From Actinomycetes bacterium (GTDB lineage: Bacteria > Actinomycetota > Acidimicrobiia > Acidimicrobiales > RAAP-2), in NCBI GenBank assembly GCA_021803085.1, contig JAJZMD010000017.1, positions 11,393 to 75,392 on the forward strand: a stretch of 64,000 bases of DNA, written 5' to 3'. The translations under genes were made by a program, and so were the position numbers. Positions 27,730-36,480 of the stretch are shown in pieces (positions within the stretch are counted from its first letter, which is position 1; every line of letters begins with the position of its first letter). Under the pieces are notes generated by a model that searched no databases, had not been told where the DNA came from, and was given only the letters and a program-made list of their open reading frames with translations.

Positions 27730-28755
27730 TCAATTCCCGACTGCCACGTCGCCGAGCCGGGGAAGGACCCCTTCGGCATAGTGCTCGACCGTTCGCCGAG
27801 CGTTGTCCATCGTCATGGGAACGGGGCACACGGTCACGTACCTCGCTCCAGCGGCGGCGTACCGCTCGATTTGGCGAAGACAGTCCTCCGCGGTCCCCAC
27901 GGCCAGCACTCCGGACTCCTGCATGGACTCGAGCGAGATGTCCTTCCAGTCGACGCGCAGCTGCTGGGCACTCGCAGCTCCCCACGCCGCGTCGCGTGTG
28001 CCGGAGATCGTGGTGTTGATGAGGACAGCCGGAGTGATCTCCTCGGGGTTCCTGCCGTAGGCCGTCGCCCGCTCACGGATGTCCGCCCAGCCCTGCCGGT
28101 AGACGTCGGGGCTCACGGCGTTGTAGTGAGGCGCAGCCGGCGTCCAGCCGTCTCCCAACTTCGCCACCAGGTCTCTGCTGGTCGTCCCGCTCCCCCCGAC
28201 CCATATGGGCAGGTGCGCCCCCTGCACCGGCTTGGGGAAGAAGGGGGCTCGCTGCAGGTGGTAGTGCTCACCCGCGTAGTCGACCGGATCGGGTGATCCG
28301 AAGAGCGAGCGCATCATCTCCATCGCTTCGACCACCATCTCGGTCCGGCGGCGGTGCGACGCCTCGAACGGCAGGCCGAACGCCTCGTACTCTCTGGCCG
28401 GCCAGCCAGTCCCCACGCCCAGGACCAAGCGCCCTCGCGAGAGGACGTCGATCGTCGCAGCCATCTTCGCCACGAACGCTGGATGGCGCAATGGCAAGGG
28501 CGTGACGAGCGTGCCCAGTCGGATCCTCGACGTGACGGCGGCGCACGCGGCCAAGAGGGAGTAGCACTCGAGCTGGTAGGGGCGGTCGACGTCGCGCTCG
28601 AACGCGAGGTAGCGATCCCCTTCCAAGAACATGTGGTCGACGAAGAAGAGTGCGTCGAACTTGCTCGCGTCCAGGTCGCGCACCAGCTCGAGCAACGACT
28701 GGCACTGGTCGGCATCGACGAACGGCGGCGTCATGAGCAAGAGTCCGAGTGACAC
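27730..28755 (-). CDS. LLM-class flavin/F420-dependent oxidoreductase
   Basis: 341 aa from GTG comp(28753..28755), with GGGAGG 10 nt upstream. FDALFFVDHMF, LGVGTGW, PIWVGGSG. Confidence 0.75.
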   Translation of the reverse strand: MSLGLLLMTPPFVDADQCQSLLELVRDLDASKFDALFFVDHMFLEGDRYLAFERDVDRPYQLECYSLLAACAAVTSRIRLGTLVTPLPLRHPAFVAKMAATIDVLSRGRLVLGVGTGWPAREYEAFGLPFEASHRRRTEMVVEAMEMMRSLFGSPDPVDYAGEHYHLQRAPFFPKPVQGAHLPIWVGGSGTTSRDLVAKLGDGWTPAAPHYNAVSPDVYRQGWADIRERATAYGRNPEEITPAVLINTTISGTRDAAWGAASAQQLRVDWKDISLESMQESGVLAVGTAEDCLRQIERYAAAGARYVTVCPVPMTMDNARRTVEHYAEGVLPRLGDVAVGN

Positions 28756-28823
28756 CCCGGGGCTGCCTCCCTCACTCACCACAGGTCCCACCCTCGTGCT
28801 GTCCCGGATCGAACCTCACGCTC

Positions 28824-30017
28824 TCACGCCTTTCCCGTGGCGGCGCTGCCGAGCAAGGCGCGCGCGAGCACCATTTCGTGGACCTCGGTGGGTCCTTCGA
28901 CGACCCGGAGCACCCTCAGCGCGCGCAGCCAGTGCTCGAGCGGCATCTCGCGGGCGAGGCCCATACCGCCCAGGATCTGGATCGCCCTGTCGACGATCCT
29001 GAAGGCCTCCTCGGTGCAGAAGACCTTGGCCGCGGAGGCAACGTTCTTCGGGTTCTCGCCTCGCTCGGCGCGGAGCGCAGCCTCGTAGACAAGCCAACGC
29101 CCGGCCTGAATGGCGATGAACGAGTCGACGATCTTCTTCTGGACCGTCTGGCGGGTGGCCAAGGGCTGCCCGAAGGTGCTCCGCTCCTTCGCGTACTCGA
29201 TGGCGATCTCGAGGGCTGCCGTCGCCATGCCGATGGACTGGGCGGCGATCTTGATCCGGCCGAGGTTGAACCATCGCTGGGAGAGGTTGAACCCGCCTCC
29301 GATCTCGCCGAGAACGTCCTCGTCAGGCACCCGTACACCCTCGAGGGTGACCTCGGTCGTGTGGTGGTCGCGTATGACGTCGACCTTGCGGATGGACATC
29401 CCCTTCACGGGCATGGTCACGATGAAAGCCGTGATGCCGTCACGCCCGTCTCCCGTGCGGGCGAAGATGATGCCGTGCGTGGCCACGTCGGCCCGGCTGG
29501 TGAACATCTTGCGACCGTCGATCACCCAGTCGCCGTTCATCCGCCGGGCACGCGTCTGGATGCTCCGAGCAGGATCGCTCCCGCCGGACGGCTCGGTGAC
29601 CGCCATGAACCACTGCGACCCGCTGTCGACGGCCGGCGGGATGTACTTGTCCTGCTGCACGGGGGTCCCGGCCTGGAGGATGTTCGGCGGGTCGTAGCCG
29701 AACGCACCACATCCCACGTCCGGAGAGCTGTAGGTGTGCTTCGCCGCCTCCTCGTAGGCGATGGCGAGCGCCAGCGGTTTCATCCCTGCGCCACCGAACT
29801 TCTCAGGGGTCTCGAAGCACCAGAGCCCGGAACGGCGCGCTCGCTCCTGGATCGGGCCCAACATCTCCGCCGGGATAGCGGTGGCGCCGTTCCGGCGAAG
29901 CTCTCCCTCGATCGGGACGATCTCGTTCGCCACAAACTTGCGGACCGTGTCCCGCAGCATCACGAGATCCTCGGTGAGGACCGGGAGCTCGTTCGCCATT
30001 AACGAGTCAAGCGTCAT
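28824..30017 (-). CDS. acyl-CoA dehydrogenase
   Basis: 397 aa from ATG comp(30015..30017), ATGA-overlapping the upstream stop. AVTEPSGGSDP, ILGGMGLAREMPLEHW. The 831-aa track ORF's N-terminal part is wrong-frame over the upstream gene. Confidence 0.85.
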   Translation of the reverse strand: MTLDSLMANELPVLTEDLVMLRDTVRKFVANEIVPIEGELRRNGATAIPAEMLGPIQERARRSGLWCFETPEKFGGAGMKPLALAIAYEEAAKHTYSSPDVGCGAFGYDPPNILQAGTPVQQDKYIPPAVDSGSQWFMAVTEPSGGSDPARSIQTRARRMNGDWVIDGRKMFTSRADVATHGIIFARTGDGRDGITAFIVTMPVKGMSIRKVDVIRDHHTTEVTLEGVRVPDEDVLGEIGGGFNLSQRWFNLGRIKIAAQSIGMATAALEIAIEYAKERSTFGQPLATRQTVQKKIVDSFIAIQAGRWLVYEAALRAERGENPKNVASAAKVFCTEEAFRIVDRAIQILGGMGLAREMPLEHWLRALRVLRVVEGPTEVHEMVLARALLGSAATGKA

Positions 30018-32182
30018 GTGATGCCCTCCGCCTCTCTGGGTCTCGAACCCACCCGAGCACGCTCTCCTGCGTCGAACGAGAGCAAGGCGTCTACCGCCAC
30101 GCAGGAGCCGTTTCGTTCGATCACGACCGGGTTCACGTCGATCGAGCCGAGCCCGTCCCCCTTCCCAGCCTCCATGAGCGATCGCAGAATGTCGACGAGG
30201 TCCGTGAGCTCGTCGATCGCGCGGGCACTCGAGGCCCCGTGCGGCGCGAGGTGCAGAGCGGACAACGACGCTTCGATGTCGGATCGTGACACCGGCAACG
30301 CGTAGATGCTCGCCATGCTCTCCGGCTTCTCGACGTCCACACCTCCTCTGGCGATCACAGCGAGCAGCCCGAACTCGTCGTCCCTGCGCGTGCCCACGAA
30401 GACCTCGGCCGTCCCGAGCACCATCTCTTCGACGATGACGGTGCCACCGTTCCCCTCGGCATCTCGAGCCATGAGCAATTCGGTGGCTGCCTCGGCGGCA
30501 TCCGCCAGATCGCGGATGCCTAGTCGCACGAATCCGCGTTGGTCCTTGTGGGAGACGCCGGGTGCCAGCAGCTTCATCACGAGGGGGAACCCCAGCGCGT
30601 TCACCGCTTCCTCGAGGTCCTCGTGACCCTCGAGGCGCGCCCGGCGGGGTATGCGGACACCGACATGCGCAAGACAGCTCTTCGACGATGCCTCGTCGAG
30701 CACGAGAGCCGCCCCGCAACGGTCCCCCGCGGCGGGTACGGCGTGCCGGCGCAGCCCATCGACCGCTCGGCGCGCCAGTTCGGCTCGCTTCGCTCCCCCT
30801 TCTCCTTCTGTCGTGGGAGAAGGGGCGGATCGACCTGCGAACCAAGCCGCGAGCGCCTCGCGAAGGTCGTGAGGCTCGTCGAACACAGGCACGCCGGCGC
30901 GATGGAGGGCCTCTCTCGCCGTGTCCGATGCCAGACCCACGGCGATCGCCATCTTCGAAGTGGGGGTGCGGCGCGCAAGGGCCTCGGCCACCACGTCTCC
31001 GAGGTGCCCGGAGGGGACGTACACGATCAGCCCGTCCAAGCCCGCCTCGCTCTCGAGCTTGCGGAGCACGGCGGACATGAGCTCCGGCTGGTTGATGACC
31101 TGTGCGGTGAGGTCGACGGGGTTGCCCGACGACGCGAACGGCGCCATGTCGGCCAGCTCCTCGCGGAGACGCTCGCCGAGCGCAGGCAGGCGCACCGGCT
31201 CCAGGCTGTCCAGGGCGTCGGCGAGCAGCACGCCCACGCCCCCGGAGGTCGTGACCACGGCGAGTGCCAGCTCGCCACGAGGCTGGTCGAGGTAGTTGAA
31301 CGCCTCCAGCGCGTTGCACGCCTCCCGCACGCTCTTGGCCACCTGCATGCCCTGTTGGGCGGCGACACCGAGGAGGACCCGCGGCCGAACGCTGGTGATG
31401 ACCCCGGTGTGGGTCGCCGCCGCCGCTTGCCCCGCCGACGAGGAGCCCGCATGGAAGCCGGAGACGTGCTTTCCTGCGTGACGCAGCGACGCGAGGGCCG
31501 AGCTGAACGCCTCGGGCCGCCGGGGCACTTCGAAGTTGACGGCGACCGCGCGTATCCGCGGGTCGGCGGCATAGAAGCTCAGCACCTCATCGAGGGTCAC
31601 GTCCGCTTCCCCCCCGACGTGGCACCAGAACCGGATCCCAAGCGACCGGCGCCTGAGGTACTCGAGGGTGTAGGAAGCTCCGACACCCGCGCTCTGGGTC
31701 GCAACCGCGACTGTGCCCCGTTGTGGCAGGCCCCGGTCGAGCATCGAGGTGAACGAGGCGTACAGCCCGACTTCCGGGTTGATCACGCCGTTGCTGTTGG
31801 GCCCGACGATCCGCGTGGAAGAAGGGGAGCCGAGTCGGCCGGCGAGCAGCTCGGACAGGCCGGACGCGCTCTCTCCGATCTCGGATGCGAAGACCACGAC
31901 GCCCGGCACCCCGCGCGCACAGCAGGCGCGGACGTGATCGAGCCCCGCGGAGCCGCCGACGGCGATCGCCGCCAGCTCGACGCCCTCGGGCAGCTCGTCG
32001 ACGCTGCGGAAGGCTCGCTTTCCCTGGACCTCGGCTCGATTCGGGTTGACCGGATAGATGGGGCCCTTGTACCCGCCCCGGATCATGTTCGCGAGAAGAC
32101 GTCCTCCTATCCGCTGAGGATCGTCGCTCGCACCGACGATCGCCACCGAACGCGGGAAGAAGATCGACGACAGCGCTGTCAT
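30014..32182 (-). CDS. ADP-forming acyl-CoA synthetase (acetate--CoA ligase family, fused alpha/beta)
   Basis: 722 aa. CoA-binding SVAIVGASDDPQRIGG, succinyl-CoA-synthetase-like domains, C-terminal ATP-grasp. Confidence 0.8.
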   Translation of the reverse strand: MTALSSIFFPRSVAIVGASDDPQRIGGRLLANMIRGGYKGPIYPVNPNRAEVQGKRAFRSVDELPEGVELAAIAVGGSAGLDHVRACCARGVPGVVVFASEIGESASGLSELLAGRLGSPSSTRIVGPNSNGVINPEVGLYASFTSMLDRGLPQRGTVAVATQSAGVGASYTLEYLRRRSLGIRFWCHVGGEADVTLDEVLSFYAADPRIRAVAVNFEVPRRPEAFSSALASLRHAGKHVSGFHAGSSSAGQAAAATHTGVITSVRPRVLLGVAAQQGMQVAKSVREACNALEAFNYLDQPRGELALAVVTTSGGVGVLLADALDSLEPVRLPALGERLREELADMAPFASSGNPVDLTAQVINQPELMSAVLRKLESEAGLDGLIVYVPSGHLGDVVAEALARRTPTSKMAIAVGLASDTAREALHRAGVPVFDEPHDLREALAAWFAGRSAPSPTTEGEGGAKRAELARRAVDGLRRHAVPAAGDRCGAALVLDEASSKSCLAHVGVRIPRRARLEGHEDLEEAVNALGFPLVMKLLAPGVSHKDQRGFVRLGIRDLADAAEAATELLMARDAEGNGGTVIVEEMVLGTAEVFVGTRRDDEFGLLAVIARGGVDVEKPESMASIYALPVSRSDIEASLSALHLAPHGASSARAIDELTDLVDILRSLMEAGKGDGLGSIDVNPVVIERNGSCVAVDALLSFDAGERARVGSRPREAEGIT

Positions 32183-32931
32183 TCCTCTCCTCCCGGGAGG
32201 ACCTTCGCATGATCGGCAGAGCGCCTCCGAAGCGCGCGCAGGAGCCCCACCAGCTCCATCGACGGTTCGTACGGGTGGGACTCCGAGCGCCGGAGCACCG
32301 CTTTGGTGTGCCGGGCCAGCTCCGGGGGAACTCCGGCGAACTCCTCGGCCAGCTCCAACGCGTCGGGCACGAGCCGATCACCCGTCGTGACGCGGTCGAT
32401 CATGCCCCACTTCAGTGCCTCGTGGGCGCTCACGCGTCGGCCGAGCACGCAGATCTCGAGTGCCCGAGCCATGCCGACGCGGCGCGCGAGGTACCACGCC
32501 TCGCTGCTCGGAATCATCGCGTTCGCGACATGGCCGTCGACGAAGTACGCGTCGTCGCTCGCCAGCCGGATGTCCGCCTGCATGAACAGTCCCAGCCCGC
32601 CGCCGACCGAAGCGCCGCGAGCCGCCGCGATCACCACCGGCTCCATCGCGCGGATCGACGACGACTCCGAGCTTCCCGGCTCGGGAACGAGCCGCCGGGC
32701 TTCGCGCGCGCCCACCGCCTGCAACTCGTTGCGGTCTCTCCCCGCGCAGAAGGCCCGTCCCGCGCCGGTGAGCACCACCGCGCCGAGCGAGGTGTCCTCG
32801 TTCACCTCTGACGCCACGCGAGCGAGCTCTTGGAGCATGTCCTGGGTGAACGCGTTGAGCGTAGAAGGGCGATTGAGGGTCACGATGGCCACCCCGGCAA
32901 CCGGCCGTTCGAGAAGGACGCTGGCGGTCAT
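32179..32931 (-). CDS. enoyl-CoA hydratase/isomerase family
   Basis: 250 aa. VTLNRPSTLNAF, VVLTGAGRAFCAGRD. Confidence 0.8.
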   Translation of the reverse strand: MTASVLLERPVAGVAIVTLNRPSTLNAFTQDMLQELARVASEVNEDTSLGAVVLTGAGRAFCAGRDRNELQAVGAREARRLVPEPGSSESSSIRAMEPVVIAAARGASVGGGLGLFMQADIRLASDDAYFVDGHVANAMIPSSEAWYLARRVGMARALEICVLGRRVSAHEALKWGMIDRVTTGDRLVPDALELAEEFAGVPPELARHTKAVLRRSESHPYEPSMELVGLLRALRRRSADHAKVLPGGEE

Positions 32932-33033
32932 GAGCCCGCCGGTGCCGCGAGGAGCCGGCTCGGACCGCGTCCGGAACCGCAGCGAGCAGGGCTCCGGCCG
33001 GGACCCGCCACGCCCCTTCCCGCGGCCGGGCGG

Positions 33034-33810
33034 TCAGAAGTTCTCATAGCCGTCGCGCGCCTCGGTCAACGCCAGCTTGGACAGCGCCTCCATCGCTCCT
33101 GCGAACTGCCGAATCGCGAGGAGTGGCGCGTCGAGCGCCTGGTTGACCGCGGCTTTCGCCGTGCGCAGCGCGAACGGCGGCTTCGCAGCCAGCTCCCGCG
33201 CCACCGACATGGTGGCGTCCATCAGCTCGTTGTCGGGCACCACCTGGGAGACCAGGCCCATCTCCAGGGCTTCCTTGGCGTAGACGCGGCGCTCACGCAG
33301 CAAGAGGTCCATCGCCATCGTCAGCCCCACGATCCTCGGCAGGTACCAGGCGGCGATGCTGGGCGTGAGGCCCCGAGCTACGTGGGCCTCGACGAAGAAC
33401 GCGCTCTCGGCTGCGATGCGGATGTCGCTCATGAGGGCGATCCCGAAGCCTGCGCCCGCGGCCGGACCGTTGACAGCCGCAACGACCGGCACCTGAAGGT
33501 CGGGCAGCCCAATGGTCCACTCCCGACCGGCGGGCTCGGGGATCGTCGCAGAACGTTGCGGCGCGGCACGCTGCGGAAGCACCTCTTTCACATCGGCGCC
33601 GGCGCAGAACCCGCGCCCGCGCCCCGTCAAGACGAGCACGCGGACCGAGTCGTCCTCACGGATGCGCGCGAACGTCTCCGGCACCTCTTCGAAGGCGACT
33701 TCATTGAGCGCGTTCAAGGAATCGGGGCGATCCAGCGTGAGCACGACGATGTCGTCGTGACGGACGACCTCGAGCGTCTCGAGCTTGCGATCTCCCACTC
33801 GAAGGCTCAT
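33034..33810 (-). CDS. enoyl-CoA hydratase/isomerase family
   Basis: 258 aa. LTLDRPDSLNAL, LVLTGRGRGFCAGADV. Confidence 0.8.
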   Translation of the reverse strand: MSLRVGDRKLETLEVVRHDDIVVLTLDRPDSLNALNEVAFEEVPETFARIREDDSVRVLVLTGRGRGFCAGADVKEVLPQRAAPQRSATIPEPAGREWTIGLPDLQVPVVAAVNGPAAGAGFGIALMSDIRIAAESAFFVEAHVARGLTPSIAAWYLPRIVGLTMAMDLLLRERRVYAKEALEMGLVSQVVPDNELMDATMSVARELAAKPPFALRTAKAAVNQALDAPLLAIRQFAGAMEALSKLALTEARDGYENF

Positions 33811-33829
33811 TCCCGTCGTCCCCTCGTGC

Positions 33830-34594
33830 TCACGCCAGTGCCTCGATCATCTCCGGGAGCTTTCCGAGCCTCACGGAGATGGACTCCGCCGCGCGAGCCA
33901 GCTTCGACCCGATCTCCGGTATCTGCTTCCGCTCGAGCCTGTACGTGGGGATCGTGATGGTCAGTGCCCCGACGATCCGGTCGCGCGACATGACCGCAGA
34001 CGCGATCCCGGAGGCTCCTTCGATCCGCTCCCCGTTGCTGGTCGCGTAGCCCCGCTTGCGGATCGCGGCAAGCTCCTTCAGCAGGCTGTCGCGGTCGACG
34101 ACCGTCCGCTCGGTGAACTTCGGGAGGTCGATGCCCAACACGACCGACTCGGGCAGGTACGCCAGCATGGCCTTCGCCGTTGCGCCCGCGTTCAGCGGCA
34201 CTCTCATTCCGGGCTCGATGACGTACCGGACCGGACGGTCGCACTGGACCGATGCGCTGAACACGGCCTCGTGGTGGGTCCCGTTGTAGAGCGCGAGGTG
34301 CGCCGTCTCGTTCACGTCGTCGACCAGCTCGCGCATCACCGCGTACGCCACGGTCATGAGGTCGGAGCGCCCGAGCAGCCGGCTGGCGAGCGCGTAGAGG
34401 TTGGCCCCGGGCGAGTAGCGAGCGTTCTCGGACTGGACCGCGAGGCTGCGCTGCTCCAAGGAAGCCAGAATGCGCTGCACGGTACTTGGGCCCATGCCGA
34501 GCTTCGCCGCGAGCTCGCGCACTCCCCACTCCCGGTCGGGGTGGTTCATGAGCACCCTCATCACTGCGAGCAACCGATCAATTTGTTCCGCCAC
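33830..34594 (-). CDS. IclR-family transcriptional regulator
   Basis: 254 aa. N-terminal wHTH (VRELAAKLGMGPSTVQRILASL) and C-terminal IclR effector domain. Confidence 0.85.
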   Translation of the reverse strand: MAEQIDRLLAVMRVLMNHPDREWGVRELAAKLGMGPSTVQRILASLEQRSLAVQSENARYSPGANLYALASRLLGRSDLMTVAYAVMRELVDDVNETAHLALYNGTHHEAVFSASVQCDRPVRYVIEPGMRVPLNAGATAKAMLAYLPESVVLGIDLPKFTERTVVDRDSLLKELAAIRKRGYATSNGERIEGASGIASAVMSRDRIVGALTITIPTYRLERKQIPEIGSKLARAAESISVRLGKLPEMIEALA

Positions 34595-34632
34595 CGCTGA
34601 CTCCAGTCTTCAAGTCAAAAGAAACAGAAAGG

Positions 34633-34648
34633 TGGTACAGCGTCCCAT
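34633..34648. promoter_or_regulatory. candidate IclR operator (minus-strand reading ATGGGACGCTGTACCA)
   Basis: Matches the 44523 palindrome at 14 of 16 positions. 39 nt upstream of the iclR start, in a locally AT-richer stretch. Confidence 0.5.
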
Positions 34649-34707
34649 CTTACACGTGCTCGAATTCCATTCCTGCCCCGGTAGAGCACGCGGCTGCACC
34701 GGATGCG

Positions 34708-35754
34708 TCACTCGGAAGACATGAAGTTCGGCATGACCTCCTCGGCGAAGATCCGCATCCGACGGATCGTCTCGTCAGCATCGCGGATCGGCACGAAGCC
34801 GAGCGTGAAGTAGCGTGCTCCTGCATCGACGAATGGCTCGAGGAAGCGCGTCACTGCTTCTCCATCCCCGATCAGCGCGACGCCCTTGGCGCCCATCTCC
34901 TCGACGGACATCTCCTTCCACGCGTCGCGCCTGCGCAAGGTGGAGGCGGCCTCCGACGCCTCCGCCGACGTCGTGTCGATCACGACGAAGAAGAGGGCAG
35001 CCCCGAGGATCCGCGCGGGGTCCCGGTGGTACTCCTCGGCGGCCATGCGGCGGATCTCGGAGAGAGAGCTGGCGTAGAAGTCGGCCTCCAGACCCGTGTA
35101 GTGCGGCGCAGCCGGCGTCCAGGCGTCGCCCATCCGCGCGACGAGGCGCCGGGTGGAGGGGCCGCTCCCGCCGATCCACATCGGCGGGCGCGGCTTCGTC
35201 ACCGGCTTCGGCCACATGGTGGCGCCCTTCAGCTGGTAATGCTCACCCTGGTAGTCCACGGCTTCCCGGGTCCACAGTGCGTCGATGACCTCCATGCCCT
35301 CGACGAGCTGCGCGTACCGCGTCGAGAAGGACTCGACGTATGGCAATCCGTAACGGTGGTACTCGTCGGGGTTCCACCCCGTTCCCACCTGAAGCACGAA
35401 GCGCCCTTCCGAGAGCCAGTCGATCCCCGCACCGAACTTCGCCATGAGCGCCGGGTGGTACCGCATCATCGGCGTCACCTGCGGACCGATGCGGATCCGC
35501 CGCGTCCTTGCTGCGAGGGCCGCCATGGCCGTCCAGGCCTCCGGAAAGAACGGCCGGCCGAGATCGGCGTAGTCCGAGAAGCCCGCCACTTGGTCCGGCG
35601 GAAGGAACAGGTGATCGATCGTGTACACGGCGTCGAACCCGAGCTCCTCTGCCTCCTGTGCCACCCTGACGAAGTCAGCGAACCTCGTCTCCACGGGATG
35701 GCCGTACATGTTGAGCTTCAGCGCGAATTTCACGCCGGCCGACCGGTAGTCCAT
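34708..35754 (-). CDS. LLM-class flavin/F420-dependent oxidoreductase
   Basis: 348 aa from the internal ATG (MDYRSAGVKFALKLN..). GFDAVYTIDHLF, QVGTGWN, PMWIGGSG. Confidence 0.8.
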   Translation of the reverse strand: MDYRSAGVKFALKLNMYGHPVETRFADFVRVAQEAEELGFDAVYTIDHLFLPPDQVAGFSDYADLGRPFFPEAWTAMAALAARTRRIRIGPQVTPMMRYHPALMAKFGAGIDWLSEGRFVLQVGTGWNPDEYHRYGLPYVESFSTRYAQLVEGMEVIDALWTREAVDYQGEHYQLKGATMWPKPVTKPRPPMWIGGSGPSTRRLVARMGDAWTPAAPHYTGLEADFYASSLSEIRRMAAEEYHRDPARILGAALFFVVIDTTSAEASEAASTLRRRDAWKEMSVEEMGAKGVALIGDGEAVTRFLEPFVDAGARYFTLGFVPIRDADETIRRMRIFAEEVMPNFMSSE

Positions 35755-35813
35755 CGTCTCTCGTCCCCTCAGGCTTCGTCGTCCATGTGTCCTTGCGTCG
35801 GCCTCGATCGCCC

Positions 35814-36443
35814 TCACGCGGAGGTGACGCTGCTGGCGGAGCCCCCCTCCGAGGCGGCACCGGGCTTGAAGACCCAGTGCATCTCGCAGCCACTGTCGCC
35901 GCGCCACCTGCAGGCATGCACCTCGGTGTGGTCGAGGTTCGGGTCTACCGAGGCGTACCCGTCGCACGCCCCACGCTCGAATTCGCCGGTGTACTTCCCG
36001 TTGGAAGGCGCAGCATCGCTGTAGTACAGGCACTCCTTCCGGCGAACGATGCAGCGCTCGTCGTCGTACTCGGCGAACAAGGCGCTCGTGTGCTTCGGCC
36101 CTCGGATGTAGTGCACGAGGTCCTGGTACAGGGCCATCGTCCGCGGAGATCCTCCGTCGGTCGCGTCGTTGGCCTCCAGGACCTTGCGGTAGCCGGCACC
36201 TCCGTACCGAAGTCCGACCTGGTAGGCGATCTCCTTTGCAGCATCCTCGCCGACGATCTCTTCGGCGACCGAGTAGATCGTCTGGAAGTTGCCCTCGATC
36301 TGACGGCTCATGCTGTAGATCAGGTCGTCGCTGGTGAGATCGCGAATGGGCACCCGAAGGCTGTCGACTTGCTCGCGACGTTCCTCGCTCAGCGTGCCCG
36401 GGTAGTGGAACGGCACCGCAGCTGCGTAGTCTTCGGACCTCAT
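35814..36443 (-). CDS. hypothetical protein, possibly L-2-amino-thiazoline-4-carboxylate hydrolase-like family
   Basis: 209 aa. Cys-containing C-terminal part (ERCIVRRKECLYY..GACDGY..HACRWRGDSGCEMHWVF) resembles that family from memory. Confidence 0.45.
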   Translation of the reverse strand: MRSEDYAAAVPFHYPGTLSEERREQVDSLRVPIRDLTSDDLIYSMSRQIEGNFQTIYSVAEEIVGEDAAKEIAYQVGLRYGGAGYRKVLEANDATDGGSPRTMALYQDLVHYIRGPKHTSALFAEYDDERCIVRRKECLYYSDAAPSNGKYTGEFERGACDGYASVDPNLDHTEVHACRWRGDSGCEMHWVFKPGAASEGGSASSVTSA

Positions 36444-36480
36444 TCTCCTGGTGTCCCTTTCTCGTCGTCCGTTCGTCTGG

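Noticed and set aside
28824-31319. The 831-aa ORF, suggesting a very large acyl-CoA dehydrogenase fusion.
   Set aside because: The N-terminal ~434 aa are Arg-rich nonsense overlapping the real acyl-CoA synthetase gene in another frame. The ACAD starts at the ATG at comp(30015..30017), with an ATGA overlap to the upstream stop.
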